Notes: a model not told the origin generated them from the letters alone. 64,000 bases of DNA from an uncultured Thermodesulfobacteriota bacterium (GCA_964384945.1 CAYLMK010000001.1:125859-189858), one strand, 5' to 3'. Positions 47,279 to 57,645 are shown, counted from the first letter of the stretch. Made by a program: numbers and translations.

Positions 47279-48130
47279 ATGAAGATCGATGGCAGGTCGC
47301 GCGTCTGCGCTGTGATCGGAAACCCGGTGGAACACTCCCTTTCCCCGCTCCTTCATAACGCGGCGTTCCGAGAGAAGGGGCTCAACATCTGTTACGTGGC
47401 CTTTCGCGTGCACGATCTGGCGGCGGCCATGGCCGGGGTCAGGGGCCTGAACATCCTCGGTCTGAGCGTCACCATCCCCCACAAGGTCGCCGTCCTGGAG
47501 TATCTCGATGAAATCGAGGAGACCGCCGGGAGAATCGGTTCCGTCAATACGGTCCTTCACAAGGACGGACGGCTTATCGGCTACAACAGCGACGGCATGG
47601 GCGCCGTCCGGGCCCTTCGGGAGGCGAACGTTCCCCTTGCGGGGGAAAAGGTCAGCCTTCTGGGCTCGGGGGGCGCCGCCCGGGCGATCGCCTTCACTCT
47701 CGGCAGGGAAATCGCCCTGCGGGAGATCGCTCTGCTGGGCATCGAGGTCGATGAATGCAGACGGCTTGCGGAGGATCTCGAAAAGGCGCTGCCTTTCCCG
47801 ATCACCTGGGACAGATTGAATCCGGAAACCTTGCGCCGTCACGTTCCCGAATCCGCCGGCGTCATTCATTGCACGCCCGTCGGGATGACGCCCCATGTGG
47901 AGCAGAGCGTCCTGGATCGAGCCTCGCTTCGCCCCGAACAGTTCGTCTTCGATATCGTCTACAATCCGCTCAAGACGCGCCTGCTCCGGGAGGCGGAATC
48001 CGCCGGGTGCCGCACCGTCCCCGGCGTCGAGATGTTTCTCCATCAGGCCGTCTTCCAGTTCGAGCTCTGGACGGGGCAGCAGGCCCCGGTCGACTGCATG
48101 CGGCGTGTCGTGATGGAGGCCCTCTCATGA
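47279..48130 (+). CDS. aroE: shikimate dehydrogenase
   Basis: GNPVEHSLSP substrate motif, NADP Rossmann GSGGAARA, catalytic K/D. Confidence 0.9.
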   Translation: MKIDGRSRVCAVIGNPVEHSLSPLLHNAAFREKGLNICYVAFRVHDLAAAMAGVRGLNILGLSVTIPHKVAVLEYLDEIEETAGRIGSVNTVLHKDGRLIGYNSDGMGAVRALREANVPLAGEKVSLLGSGGAARAIAFTLGREIALREIALLGIEVDECRRLAEDLEKALPFPITWDRLNPETLRRHVPESAGVIHCTPVGMTPHVEQSVLDRASLRPEQFVFDIVYNPLKTRLLREAESAGCRTVPGVEMFLHQAVFQFELWTGQQAPVDCMRRVVMEALS

Positions 48131-48654
48131 ACATCGTGCTCATCGGATATCGGGGGACCGGCAAGACCACGGTCGCATCCCTGCTCGCCGCCGCCCTCCG
48201 GATGCCGAAGGTCTGCCTGGACGAGCAGATCGTGAGAAGGGCCGGGAAAAGCATCCCGGAAATCGTCGCCACCCACGGATGGCGGCATTTCCGCGACCTG
48301 GAAAGCGAGGTCGTGGAGGCTTACGGCAACAAGGACGGCTGGATCATCGATACGGGCGGCGGGGTGATCCTCCGGAGCGAGAACGTGCGCAACCTCCGCC
48401 GGAACGGCACCCTCGTGTGGCTGACCGCTCCGCCTTCCGTTCTGATCGAACGCATCAAGGACGATCCGGAGCGCCCTGCGCTGAAAGAGGGAAAGACCTT
48501 CCTGGAAGAGGTGGAGGAGGTGCTCGAAGAACGCCTGCCGCTCTACCGATCGGCCGCCCATCTGGAGATCGACGTCTCGACGGGCGACGCGGAAGAGGTC
48601 TCTCGCAGAATCCAGAGCCTGCTGCGGCAACGAGGCCTGCTACCCGCGGGATAG
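48127..48654 (+). CDS. aroK: shikimate kinase
   Basis: Walker A GYRGTGKTT. ATGA overlap with the aroE stop (translational coupling). Confidence 0.9.
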   Translation: MNIVLIGYRGTGKTTVASLLAAALRMPKVCLDEQIVRRAGKSIPEIVATHGWRHFRDLESEVVEAYGNKDGWIIDTGGGVILRSENVRNLRRNGTLVWLTAPPSVLIERIKDDPERPALKEGKTFLEEVEEVLEERLPLYRSAAHLEIDVSTGDAEEVSRRIQSLLRQRGLLPAG

Positions 48655-50067
48655 GCCCCCCGGAGCGAACGGCCCCGATTCCCTTTTCCCCACCGGCACG
48701 ACGTGGAACCCGATCCGGCCGAGGGCCTCCGGATCCAGAAGGTTGCGGCCGTCGAAGACGAAGGCAGGCTTCTCCATGTGCCGGAAGATCCTCTCGAAAT
48801 CGAGATCCCGGAACAGCTTCCACTCCGTCAGCACCAGGAGGGCGTGCGCTCCCTTCGTCGCTCGGTAGGCGTCCGTCTCGTAGGTCACGGCCCGGCCAAA
48901 ACCCTTCAGGTCGTTTCGCGCATTCGCGAGCGCCTTCGGGTCCACGATGCTCAGCCGCGCCCCCTCCTCAAGCAGCCTCTTGCAGATGTAAGCCGCCGGC
49001 GCGTCCCGCGTATCCCCGGTGTCCGGCTTGAAGGCAAATCCCAGAACCGCGATCCGCTTTTCCGTGACCGTGTGGAACATCTTCTCGATGATGCTTTGCA
49101 CGAACCTCTGCTTCTGGTATTCGTTGAGCCGCACGACCGATTCCCAGTAATCCGCCACTTCGGTCAGACCGTAACTGCGGCACAGATAGACCAGGCTGAG
49201 GATGTCTTTCTGAAAACAGGAGCCTCCGAACCCGACCCCCGCGCGCAGGAAGTTCCTGCCGATGCGCGTGTCCATTCCGATCGCGCGCGACACCTCCTCG
49301 ATGTTCGCGCCGGTCCTTTCGCAGAGCGCGGAAATGCTGTTGATCGATGAAACGCGCTGCGCAAGGAAGGCGTTGGCCGCGAGCTTGGAAAGTTCGCTGC
49401 TCCAGGTGTTGGTCTCCACGATCCGCTCGCGATCCACCCAGCGGGCGTACAGATCCGCCAGGATGCGGCTCGCCCTCCTTCCCTCCGGGCTCTCCCGCGA
49501 GCCGATCAGGACCCGATCGGGGTCTTCCAGGTCCCGGACGGCCGTGCCCTCGGCCAGGAATTCCGGATTGGACAGGACCTCGATCCGTTTGCCCCCTTTT
49601 GCATCGGAGCACAGGATGCGTTCGATGGCCTCGGCGGTCCGCACCGGGACCGTGCTCTTCTCGACCACGATCGTCCCGGACCGCGCATGCCGCAGGATCA
49701 TCCGGGCCGTCTTCTCCACGTACTGCATGTCCGAGGCGTATCCGGCCCCGTATCCGAAGGCCTTGGTCGGCGTGTTCACGCAGACAAAGATCATGTCGGC
49801 CTGCCGGATTCCTCCCGGGATGTCCGTCGAGAAGAACAGGTTCCTGCCCCGCGTCCTCTTCACGATCCTTTCCAGGCCGGGCTCGAAGATCGGCAGACAG
49901 GCACCCAGCCAGGCCCGGATCTTGGCGGCATCCACGTCCACCACCGTCACCCTCAGGTCGCGGCATCGATCCGCCAGGACCGCCATGGAGGGGGCTCCCA
50001 CGTAGCCGGCTCCGATTCCGAGGATGTTCTTGACAGGGGAATCTTGCCCGCTCCCTTTTCTCATCAT
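48640..50067 (-). CDS. ugd: UDP-glucose 6-dehydrogenase (long, eukaryotic-type UGDH)
   Basis: GIGAGYVG NAD motif, catalytic GFGGSCFQKD, and the 475-aa length of the UGDH long form. Confidence 0.9.
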   Translation of the reverse strand: MMRKGSGQDSPVKNILGIGAGYVGAPSMAVLADRCRDLRVTVVDVDAAKIRAWLGACLPIFEPGLERIVKRTRGRNLFFSTDIPGGIRQADMIFVCVNTPTKAFGYGAGYASDMQYVEKTARMILRHARSGTIVVEKSTVPVRTAEAIERILCSDAKGGKRIEVLSNPEFLAEGTAVRDLEDPDRVLIGSRESPEGRRASRILADLYARWVDRERIVETNTWSSELSKLAANAFLAQRVSSINSISALCERTGANIEEVSRAIGMDTRIGRNFLRAGVGFGGSCFQKDILSLVYLCRSYGLTEVADYWESVVRLNEYQKQRFVQSIIEKMFHTVTEKRIAVLGFAFKPDTGDTRDAPAAYICKRLLEEGARLSIVDPKALANARNDLKGFGRAVTYETDAYRATKGAHALLVLTEWKLFRDLDFERIFRHMEKPAFVFDGRNLLDPEALGRIGFHVVPVGKRESGPFAPGGLSRG

Positions 50068-50284
50068 CCGTCCTTCTCACGTTCCGGAAAGGAGGCTCCC
50101 GCCGATGCGAACTGCTCCCATTATAGAAGGGGTCCACGAGAAGACAAGAGGCACGAGCGAGACCGAACCCCCTGGCGTGACGCGGCCGGCCCGCCTGGCT
50201 TGACAGGCCGCATTTAGTTCATTAACGTATTGTTCCAGTAGAGTACCATTCTTGGGAGACGCCCGGCCGGAACGGAAAGGGAAC

Positions 50285-50746
50285 ATGATCCGATTCGAGG
50301 ACAATCTGGGAATCCATCTCTTCAAGGCCTATTTCAGCATTTACAAGTACCTGAAGAAGACCTTCTCGGAACACCAGATCGAGAACATGAATCCCACGCG
50401 CCTCGGGATCCTCCTGGCCCTGGCGGACCACGACGGCGTCATCATGTCGAAGCTCGGGCAGAGACTCTTCCTGGAGAAGTCCACCATGACCGGCGTCATC
50501 GACAAGATGGAGTCGGAGGGTCTGGTGGAAAGACGGAGCGACCGGGCCGACCGCAGGGCACTGCGCATCTATCTCACTCCGAAGGCGAAGAAGCTGAACG
50601 AACGGATCTTCAAGATCATCGACAAGGCCTACAGCGACCTGAGCGGAGGATTGACCGCCGAGGAACTGGCCGCATCGGTGAAGGTTTCCAAGCGAATCGG
50701 GCAGGCCGCCAACGATCTGACCGGCAACCACGACCGGAAGGCCTGA
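50285..50746 (+). CDS. MarR family transcriptional regulator
   Basis: Winged HTH (RLGILLALADHDGVIMSKLGQRLFLEKSTMTGVIDKMESEGLVERR...DRRALRIYLT). AAAGGGA RBS. Confidence 0.85.
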   Translation: MIRFEDNLGIHLFKAYFSIYKYLKKTFSEHQIENMNPTRLGILLALADHDGVIMSKLGQRLFLEKSTMTGVIDKMESEGLVERRSDRADRRALRIYLTPKAKKLNERIFKIIDKAYSDLSGGLTAEELAASVKVSKRIGQAANDLTGNHDRKA

Positions 50747-50891
50747 GCGATTTGCATCTCCTCCCTCATTCTCCGCCTCGCGGAACGCCTTTTCCCGGGC
50801 CGGGGCGCCGAAGGGCCCCGGGTCCGCGGAAAGGAAACATCGAGGGTCGCCGCGGCAAGGAAGGCCGCCCCTTGCGGAAGGCGCGGATTTG

Positions 50892-50920
50892 TTGACACGC
50901 ACCCTCCTTGCCGATATAGT
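50892..50920 (+). promoter_or_regulatory. strong sigma-70-type promoter (-35 TTGACA, 17-nt spacer, -10 TATAGT) upstream of the ATP-grasp gene
   Basis: Read directly in the sequence. Confidence 0.5.
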
Positions 50921-50982
50921 CTCGCCTACGAACGTCTGACGGGGGAAGTTGTCGGAACGCTGAAGAGGGAGTGGACGAGCAT

Positions 50983-51663
50983 ATGAAGATTATCGAGGAA
51001 GCGATTGCAAGGGGCCAGAAGAGCCTCTCCGAGTTTGGATCCAAACAGGTGCTGGCCTCCTACGGAATCCCGGTCTGCCAGGAGTCCCTCGTCCATTCCG
51101 AGGATGAGGCCGTGGCCAGGGCCCGCGCCTTCGGCTTTCCGGTGGTCTTGAAGGCCTGCGGCGAGAAACTCATTCACAAGACCGAAGAAAACCTCGTCCG
51201 CCTCTGGCTGCGGAGCCCGCAGGAGGTGCAGGAAGCCTACCGGGACCTGACGAAGAGGGCCCCGGAAGGTCTGGAAGGCATTCTCGTCCAGGAGATGGTG
51301 CCGGGTCACAGGGAGCTGGTCATCGGTCTGATCCGGGATGCTCAGTTCGGCCCTTGCGTGATGTTCGGTTTCGGCGGCGTCTTCACCGAGGTGCTCAACG
51401 ATGTCTCCTTCCGCGTGGCCCCCCTGGAGGAATGGGACGCCATGGAAATGATGGAGGAGATCCGCGCCAAGAAGATCTTGGAACCCTTTCGAGGCGAACC
51501 GCCGGTCGACAGGCGCCTCCTGGCGGAATCCCTGATCGCTTTGGGGAGAATCGGACTGGAGAATTCGGCAATCGAAGAAATCGACGTGAACCCGCTCAAA
51601 TTCCGAAACGGAAAGCCTGTGGCGGTCGATGCGCTCGTCGTACTCTCGCAGAAGGCTTCCTAA
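50983..51663 (+). CDS. stand-alone ATP-grasp domain protein (acetyl-CoA synthetase ADP-forming beta-subunit-like)
   Basis: Matches the ATP-grasp (AcdB-like) part of NDP-forming acyl-CoA synthetases (LASYGIPV...GFPVVLKA...HKTE). No CoA-binding or ligase domain in the ORF. Confidence 0.6.
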   Translation: MKIIEEAIARGQKSLSEFGSKQVLASYGIPVCQESLVHSEDEAVARARAFGFPVVLKACGEKLIHKTEENLVRLWLRSPQEVQEAYRDLTKRAPEGLEGILVQEMVPGHRELVIGLIRDAQFGPCVMFGFGGVFTEVLNDVSFRVAPLEEWDAMEMMEEIRAKKILEPFRGEPPVDRRLLAESLIALGRIGLENSAIEEIDVNPLKFRNGKPVAVDALVVLSQKAS

Positions 51664-52424
51664 CGTCTTCCGAGCAACACGCGAAACTTCCTTCCCTCCC
51701 CCTCGAAGACGATTTCGTTCTCCTGGATGGCCAGAACCGAAAAGCCCTCGACCTGCTCCCCCTCGTGGACCGTCTTCAGATTGACAACGGCGAAGCGGCT
51801 CTTGGGATCCTGGCTGTAAGCGATCGCGTTGATCCTGATCTCGGAGCCTTCCCATTCCGGAATCGCCTCGAACTCCGAGGCCTCCGGCGCTAAGGGCAGC
51901 GTTTCCCCGCGGTCGTCAAGCACCTCCTCCTCGAAGAACGCGGATTCGATCTCCTCTTCAGGCTCGACCGGGGGAGATGGCACCGCATCCTTCCCAAGCT
52001 CTTGGGACGGAGGCACGGGGGCAACCCTCTCAGCAGGCTTCGAAGGCAGCTCCCCCCTCCAAGCCGAGACCGTCGTCCCCACGGGCTCGGGCCGAAGGGG
52101 CCGGGGTGTCGAGGCCGGCACCTCCGGAAGGGAGGGGAGGGATGAGGCGTCGCTCCCGGAAGGGGACGAGGCAAGCAGGGAGACGGTCCCCTCCGCCGCC
52201 CTCTCCGGCGGCGTGAGAAGGGAGCGTCGAGTCACCCAGGACGTCGCCGCGATCACCACCGCGAGGAGAACAACCCCAAGGCCCGCCCACCCAAGCCTTC
52301 TGCGCCTCGGCCCCGGCGCCGCCTCCGTGTCCGGCAGGAGAACCGCCTCCATGGGATTGGCGCCCTTCCGGGACCTTTCCTTGTCCTGCTCGAGCCTTCT
52401 CAGTGCGTCCAGGATGTAGCTCAT
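51660..52424 (-). CDS. gspB: general secretion pathway protein B-like (GspB/ExeB)
   Basis: N-terminus MSYILDALRRLEQD, single TM, Pro-rich spacer, C-terminal FAVVNLKTVHEGEQVEGFSV...IVFEGEGRKFRV domain. Adjacent to gspA. Confidence 0.7.
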   Translation of the reverse strand: MSYILDALRRLEQDKERSRKGANPMEAVLLPDTEAAPGPRRRRLGWAGLGVVLLAVVIAATSWVTRRSLLTPPERAAEGTVSLLASSPSGSDASSLPSLPEVPASTPRPLRPEPVGTTVSAWRGELPSKPAERVAPVPPSQELGKDAVPSPPVEPEEEIESAFFEEEVLDDRGETLPLAPEASEFEAIPEWEGSEIRINAIAYSQDPKSRFAVVNLKTVHEGEQVEGFSVLAIQENEIVFEGEGRKFRVLLGRR

Positions 52425-52437
52425 CCCCCACCCGTTT

Positions 52438-54345
52438 TCACGAGGCCCCGTCCAGGGTCGGCATCTTGTATCGCTTCAGGGCCTGGTATAGGACGATTCT
52501 CGTCTGGGGGCCGAGGATGCCGTCCTCCTCGAGGAAGTGATCCCTCTGGAAGGCCATGAGCGCTTCGGCCGTCTTCGGGTCGAAGACCCCGCTCGGCTCC
52601 GACCCGTAGTAGCCCAGATCCCGCAGGGAGGACTGCATCTGCCCGATGGTTCCGCCCTTCATCCCCTCGGCCAGGTACCTCTTTTCCCCCCATTCGTCCT
52701 TCCACAGGACGTAAGCAGTGCCGTACCAGAGGGACTCCAGCACGCTCAGCGGCACGAGCGAGGCGCCGTCGCTGAGCGGGGGAGCAATCCTGGCCGCCTC
52801 CCCCTCGAAGGCAAGGAGGCCCACGTATCTCTTCGTCATGTTCTTGTCCAGCCGCAGTTCCAGAAGCGCCGGAAGATTCAGGGCTCGAAGCCGATTGACG
52901 TTCCCCCACAGCCGCAGACACTGGAATCCCACGGCCTTCGAGGCCGTAAAGAGATCCGGGGCGCCGCGGTAGAGCCTGCGTGCCTCCTCTTTGGAAAGCC
53001 CGGAATCCCATTTCCCCAGAACGGCGAGGAAGGCCTCCTCACGCGTCTCCAAGAGCGGCTTGCTGTACAGCGCGCGGAGGATCTGTTCTTCGATACCGGC
53101 CGAGGGATCCCCAGTATCCTCCGATTCGAGCAAGGCAGATTCCTCGATCGACGCCCGCGGCGCCGGGCCGGCCTCGGCCGTCTCGTCGGGGTCCCGGCCG
53201 GCTGCCGGCTCCCCTGCAGCCTCCGGCCGGGGCGTCTGCGGCTCTTCCTCCGTGATGGGTCTCGGAGGGGATGCCGTCTCCGGAGATTTCGATGCGAGAA
53301 GGGCGGGCGTCTCTGCTTCCTCCGGCGGACCCGAACCCGGGACGAGGGCTTCCGGGGCGGTTTCTCTGTCGGAAGCGGCCGCCTGCTCGGCGGCGGCCCC
53401 CTCCCCCCTCGCCTTCGGCTCTTCGGCGAGATAATCTCGGAGCACGATCACGAGCAGGACGAGGAAGACCCCGAGGAGCGAGGCCGGAACGAGCCCGCGC
53501 CGGACCGCCCGGCCGACGGTCGGGCTGACCGCCCAGGCTGGCCGTCCGGTGACCTCCCTGCTCGCCCGATCGACCATCGGCCCGTCGATGTTCTTGATCC
53601 TCTGTCCGTAACCGGCCAGCAGCGCGCGGTCGCAAAGGACGTTGATCAGCCGCGGCACCCCTCTCGTATGCCGCCAGACCCGCTTCAGCGCATCCGGCGA
53701 GAACAAGATCTTGTCCGACGCATCGATGACGGAGAGACGGTGTCGGATATACTCGGCCGTCTCCGCCTGTGAAAGCGCCCCGAGGTGGTATCGTACCGTG
53801 ACACGCTGATTGAGCTGAAGGAGGCGGGGTTCCTCCAGAATGTGGCGGAATTCGGGCTGCCCGATCAGGATGATCTGCAGCAGCTTCTCGGTCTCGGTCT
53901 CCAGGTTGGACAAGAGACGAATCTGCTCCAGAACCTCTCCGTCGAGGCTCTGCGCCTCATCGATGATGAGGACCGTGTTCTTGCCTTCCCGGCGCTTTTC
54001 CAGCAGGAACCGGTTGAGTTCGTCGATGAGTTCCTTCTTCGTCGTCCCCTGCGAGGGGATCCCGAAATCCTCGTTGATGCTCTTGAGCAATTCCAGAGCG
54101 GACAGAGTGGGATTGAAGATGAAGGCTACCAGCGTGTTTTCGTCGAGATGTCTCAGCAGCCCCCGGCAAAGGGTGGTCTTTCCCGCGCCGATCTCCCCGG
54201 TGATCACGATGAACCCGCCCCGCTCCCGTATGCCGTACAGGAGGTGGGCAAAGGCCTCCTTGTGCGTCTTTCCGAGATAGAGGAACTTGGGATCCGGGGT
54301 GATCGAGAATGGTTTTTCAGCGATACCGTAAAAGGAACAGTACAT
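52438..54345 (-). CDS. gspA: ExeA/GspA-like AAA ATPase with C-terminal peptidoglycan-binding domain
   Basis: Walker A GEIGAGKTT, Walker B LIIDEAQ, TM segment, low-complexity Pro/Glu/Ala linker, C-terminal PG_binding_1-like motif (LGYYGSEPSGVFDPKTAEALMAFQRDHFLEEDGILGPQT). Confidence 0.8.
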   Translation of the reverse strand: MYCSFYGIAEKPFSITPDPKFLYLGKTHKEAFAHLLYGIRERGGFIVITGEIGAGKTTLCRGLLRHLDENTLVAFIFNPTLSALELLKSINEDFGIPSQGTTKKELIDELNRFLLEKRREGKNTVLIIDEAQSLDGEVLEQIRLLSNLETETEKLLQIILIGQPEFRHILEEPRLLQLNQRVTVRYHLGALSQAETAEYIRHRLSVIDASDKILFSPDALKRVWRHTRGVPRLINVLCDRALLAGYGQRIKNIDGPMVDRASREVTGRPAWAVSPTVGRAVRRGLVPASLLGVFLVLLVIVLRDYLAEEPKARGEGAAAEQAAASDRETAPEALVPGSGPPEEAETPALLASKSPETASPPRPITEEEPQTPRPEAAGEPAAGRDPDETAEAGPAPRASIEESALLESEDTGDPSAGIEEQILRALYSKPLLETREEAFLAVLGKWDSGLSKEEARRLYRGAPDLFTASKAVGFQCLRLWGNVNRLRALNLPALLELRLDKNMTKRYVGLLAFEGEAARIAPPLSDGASLVPLSVLESLWYGTAYVLWKDEWGEKRYLAEGMKGGTIGQMQSSLRDLGYYGSEPSGVFDPKTAEALMAFQRDHFLEEDGILGPQTRIVLYQALKRYKMPTLDGAS

Positions 54346-54526
54346 AACCCTATTTCCATCCCGCATGTCTGGGCACGCAAGGTGGATCTTATGAGAAAAG
54401 CGGCGGAATAGCAAGACAAACGCGTTCCGGCTCCCCACCGCTGCACCCCGGAAGTTCGTTGACAGAAATTCCATACCTGTGTTAGACAGTTACAGGGCCG
54501 GTGCTCCTGGAAACGGAAGGCAAGCC

Positions 54527-55393
54527 ATGCGAGAGAGGCTCGCGTCGAGGATCCGCAGGATCCTCTCCCCGGAGGAGATGCTCCCGCTGGGAGGCAGGCA
54601 GGCCAAGGTGATCTCCGTCTCCAACCAGAAGGGGGGCGTGGGCAAGACAACGACCTCCGTCAACCTCGGTGCAGGCCTGGCCCTGTTCCACCGGAAAAAG
54701 GTGCTCCTCGTGGACATGGATGCGCAGGGCCACATCGGCACCAGCCTGCATCATCTCGCGTCCAACGGGGACGGCATCGGCCAGGTCCTGACAGCCAGGA
54801 ACGGCTCCGTCATGGATGTGATCGTGCCGACGGATGTGCCCCAGCTGGACATGACGCTCTCGGATCATTCGCTGCTCGAGGCGGAGTCCCAGCTTGCCGG
54901 CAAGATCGGCCGGGAGTTCATCCTCCGCAAGGCGCTCACGAGGGCCCGAACCTACTATGACTTCATCCTGATCGACTGCCCGCCCAACCTCGGGAATCTC
55001 ACCGTCAACGCCTACGTCGCCTCGGACTATCTGCTGATTCCATGCGACCTCTCCGCGCTTGCACTCGAGGGCATGGAGGGGATGCTGGAGGTCGTGGACA
55101 CGGTCAATTTCCGCCTCAACCATCCCCTGAAGCTGCTCGGCGTACTGCCGACCCGCGTGGACCGGCGGAACCTGCTCATGAACGAGGCGGTGTTCGCGAG
55201 GCTGAAAGAGGCCTTCCGCGACAAGCTGTTCCAGACGCAGATCACCGTGAACACGGACCTGAACAAGGCGCAGCTCTCCGGCAAGCCGATCTTCCTCGTT
55301 GCCGCGAGTTCGTCGGGAGCAAGGGATTACCGGGCCCTTGCCCAGGAAGTGATCGAGCGCCTCGACGCAATGCACGGTCCGGGAGCGATCTGA
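54527..55393 (+). CDS. ParA/MinD-family ATPase (orphan)
   Basis: Deviant Walker A KGGVGKTT, Walker A' and B ([19 protein letters not shown]). No parB seen nearby. Confidence 0.85.
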   Translation: MRERLASRIRRILSPEEMLPLGGRQAKVISVSNQKGGVGKTTTSVNLGAGLALFHRKKVLLVDMDAQGHIGTSLHHLASNGDGIGQVLTARNGSVMDVIVPTDVPQLDMTLSDHSLLEAESQLAGKIGREFILRKALTRARTYYDFILIDCPPNLGNLTVNAYVASDYLLIPCDLSALALEGMEGMLEVVDTVNFRLNHPLKLLGVLPTRVDRRNLLMNEAVFARLKEAFRDKLFQTQITVNTDLNKAQLSGKPIFLVAASSSGARDYRALAQEVIERLDAMHGPGAI

Positions 55394-55490
55394 GCCTCCC
55401 CGCCCTCCTTGCCTAAGCCGGCGGCATCTGCTATTCATCCAATCGAAACCTGCAGCACACACCCCGGGCAACCCCGGGACCGAGGAGAAG

Positions 55491-56600
55491 ATGGCGGGAA
55501 ACACCTTCGGAAGGGTCTTCCGGGTCACCACCTGGGGCGAGTCCCACGGGTGGGCCATCGGCACGGTGGTGGACGGCTGTCCGCCCGGGCTGCCTCTGGA
55601 CGAAACGACGATCCAGAAGGACCTGGACCGAAGGAAGCCGGGCCAGAGCGATCTGACCACGGCCCGGGAGGAAAGGGACAGAGTGGAGATCCTCTCCGGG
55701 GTCTTCGAGGGAAAGACCTTGGGCACACCGATCTGTCTCCTCATCCGAAACCAGGGGCAGCAATCCGAACGCTACGACCACCTCCGGGAGGTCTTTCGTC
55801 CGGGGCACGCGGAGGCGACCTACTACCAGAAATACGGCCTCTACGATCACCGCGGAGGGGGCCGCGCCTCGGCCCGGGAGACGGCCGCCCGCGTGGCCGC
55901 CGGGGCGGTCGCCAAGCGGCTCCTTGAGGAACAGGGGATCGAGGTGGTGGGTTATACGCGCCGGGTCGGGTCGATCGAGGCCGAGACATTCGATTTCCGG
56001 CAGATCGAGAAGAATCCGGTTAGGTGCCCCGACCCCGTGCAGGCGGGGAAAATGGCGGAACTGATCCGGCGGGTTCGCGAAGAAGGCGACTCCATCGGCG
56101 GCCTCGTCGAGGTGGTCGCCCGGGGTGTACCCGCCGGCCTGGGCGAGCCGGTCTTCGACAAGATGGACGCAGACCTGGCAAAGGCCCTGATGAGCATCAA
56201 TGCGATCAAGGGGGTCGAGATCGGCGCGGGCTTCGGCGTGGCCGAAAGACGGGGCTCCGGGAACAACGACGCCTGGTTCTTCGAGGGCGGAAGGCTGCGC
56301 ACCCGGACCAACCATGCAGGCGGCGTCATCGGCGGGATCACGACGGGCGAGGAGCTGCTCGTACGAATCGCGGTCAAGCCTCCCTCGACCATCGGCATCC
56401 CGCAGCAGACCGTGGACCGCAAGGGAAGAAGCGTAACCATGACCCCGGGCGATGCCGAGTCAAAAAGACGGCACGATCCTTGCATATGCCCCAGGGTGGT
56501 TCCAGTCGCGGAGGCCATGGTCGCTATCGTCCTGGCGGATCACCTCCTGCGCCACCGCGGCATGAGGGGATCCGATTTCGACCCACGGAAAGCCCCCTAG
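55491..56600 (+). CDS. aroC: chorismate synthase
   Basis: N-terminal [15 protein letters not shown] and the conserved signature regions of AroC. Confidence 0.95.
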   Translation: MAGNTFGRVFRVTTWGESHGWAIGTVVDGCPPGLPLDETTIQKDLDRRKPGQSDLTTAREERDRVEILSGVFEGKTLGTPICLLIRNQGQQSERYDHLREVFRPGHAEATYYQKYGLYDHRGGGRASARETAARVAAGAVAKRLLEEQGIEVVGYTRRVGSIEAETFDFRQIEKNPVRCPDPVQAGKMAELIRRVREEGDSIGGLVEVVARGVPAGLGEPVFDKMDADLAKALMSINAIKGVEIGAGFGVAERRGSGNNDAWFFEGGRLRTRTNHAGGVIGGITTGEELLVRIAVKPPSTIGIPQQTVDRKGRSVTMTPGDAESKRRHDPCICPRVVPVAEAMVAIVLADHLLRHRGMRGSDFDPRKAP

Positions 56601-56771
56601 GCCCGCGACGGCACCGTCTCCTCGCCGATCCCCTTGCCTTTCGGCGGGCATCGCGAGAAGATGATTGCGGCAGCGGGCCGCGGGTTCCCCATGCCCTGCC
56701 GAGAGCGCCCGCCGGCCGCTTCCAGACGAGCCGAAAGAAAAAAGGGATCCGAAGGGACAGCATTTTCAGCC

Positions 56772-57629
56772 ATGAAGAACACACCGCCGAAGGAAGGCAC
56801 ATCCAACCGCGCAAAACGAAAACTCTCTTCGCTGGTCAACCGTGGAATACGGGCCACGCTCCAACGAACGAGCGTTCAGAGGATCTACGAGTCCATGGTA
56901 TGGAGCCAGATCCGTGGAGGGCCCATCCCCGAACACATCGGCGTGATTCTGGACGGCAACCGCCGCTGGGCCCGCAGACGAGGGCTGGATCCCTGGAAAG
57001 GGCACGCGCAGGGCGCCAAGAAGATGGAGGACTTCCTGGACTGGTGCGGGGAGATCGAGGAGATCCGTTCGGTCACGCTCTATGCCTTCTCCACAGAAAA
57101 CTTCAAACGCTCGGAGAAGGAGGTTTCCGAGATCTTCCGGCTCCTCAAAGAGTACCTGCATACCCTTCTCAAGGACGAGCGGGTCCACAAGAACCAGATC
57201 CGCGTCAAGATGCTCGGCAGGCTCGAGATGCTGCCGGAGGAGTTCCAGGCGCTGATCCGTCAGGTGGAGGAAAAGACGGCGAACTACCGGGAGCACTACC
57301 TGAACTTCTGCATCGCCTACGGAGGCAGGAGCGAGATCGTGGATGCGGTCCGATGCCTTGCCCGCGATGTCAAAGAGCAGCACCTCGATCTCGAGGCGAT
57401 CGACGAGAAACGAATCGAGAGCTACCTCTACACCGCTCACCTGCCCAAGTGCAATCCGGACCTGATCATCCGCACGTCGGGCGAGGTGCGCCTGAGCAAT
57501 TTCCTGACCTGGCAGGGCGCTTACAGCGAACTCTGTTTCGTGGATGTTTACTGGCCGGACTTCCGGAAGCTCGACCTGCTGCGGGCCATCCGCATGTACC
57601 AGCACAGGCAGCGCCGTTTCGGCGGATAG
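56772..57629 (+). CDS. uppS: isoprenyl transferase (undecaprenyl diphosphate synthase-type cis-prenyltransferase)
   Basis: HIGVILDGNRRWA, YAFSTENFKR and RTSGEVRLSNFLTWQ motifs. Has an N-terminal extension; the start could be as early as 56634. Confidence 0.85.
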   Translation: MKNTPPKEGTSNRAKRKLSSLVNRGIRATLQRTSVQRIYESMVWSQIRGGPIPEHIGVILDGNRRWARRRGLDPWKGHAQGAKKMEDFLDWCGEIEEIRSVTLYAFSTENFKRSEKEVSEIFRLLKEYLHTLLKDERVHKNQIRVKMLGRLEMLPEEFQALIRQVEEKTANYREHYLNFCIAYGGRSEIVDAVRCLARDVKEQHLDLEAIDEKRIESYLYTAHLPKCNPDLIIRTSGEVRLSNFLTWQGAYSELCFVDVYWPDFRKLDLLRAIRMYQHRQRRFGG

Positions 57630-57645
57630 AAGAAAGGGCGCGCAA

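Noticed and set aside
47096-48043. N-terminal 316 aa of the 741-aa track ORF for the TPR-TlpA protein
   Set aside because: Antisense to aroE. The real start (ATG 47095) has a strong RBS and is followed by a signal peptide and lipobox.
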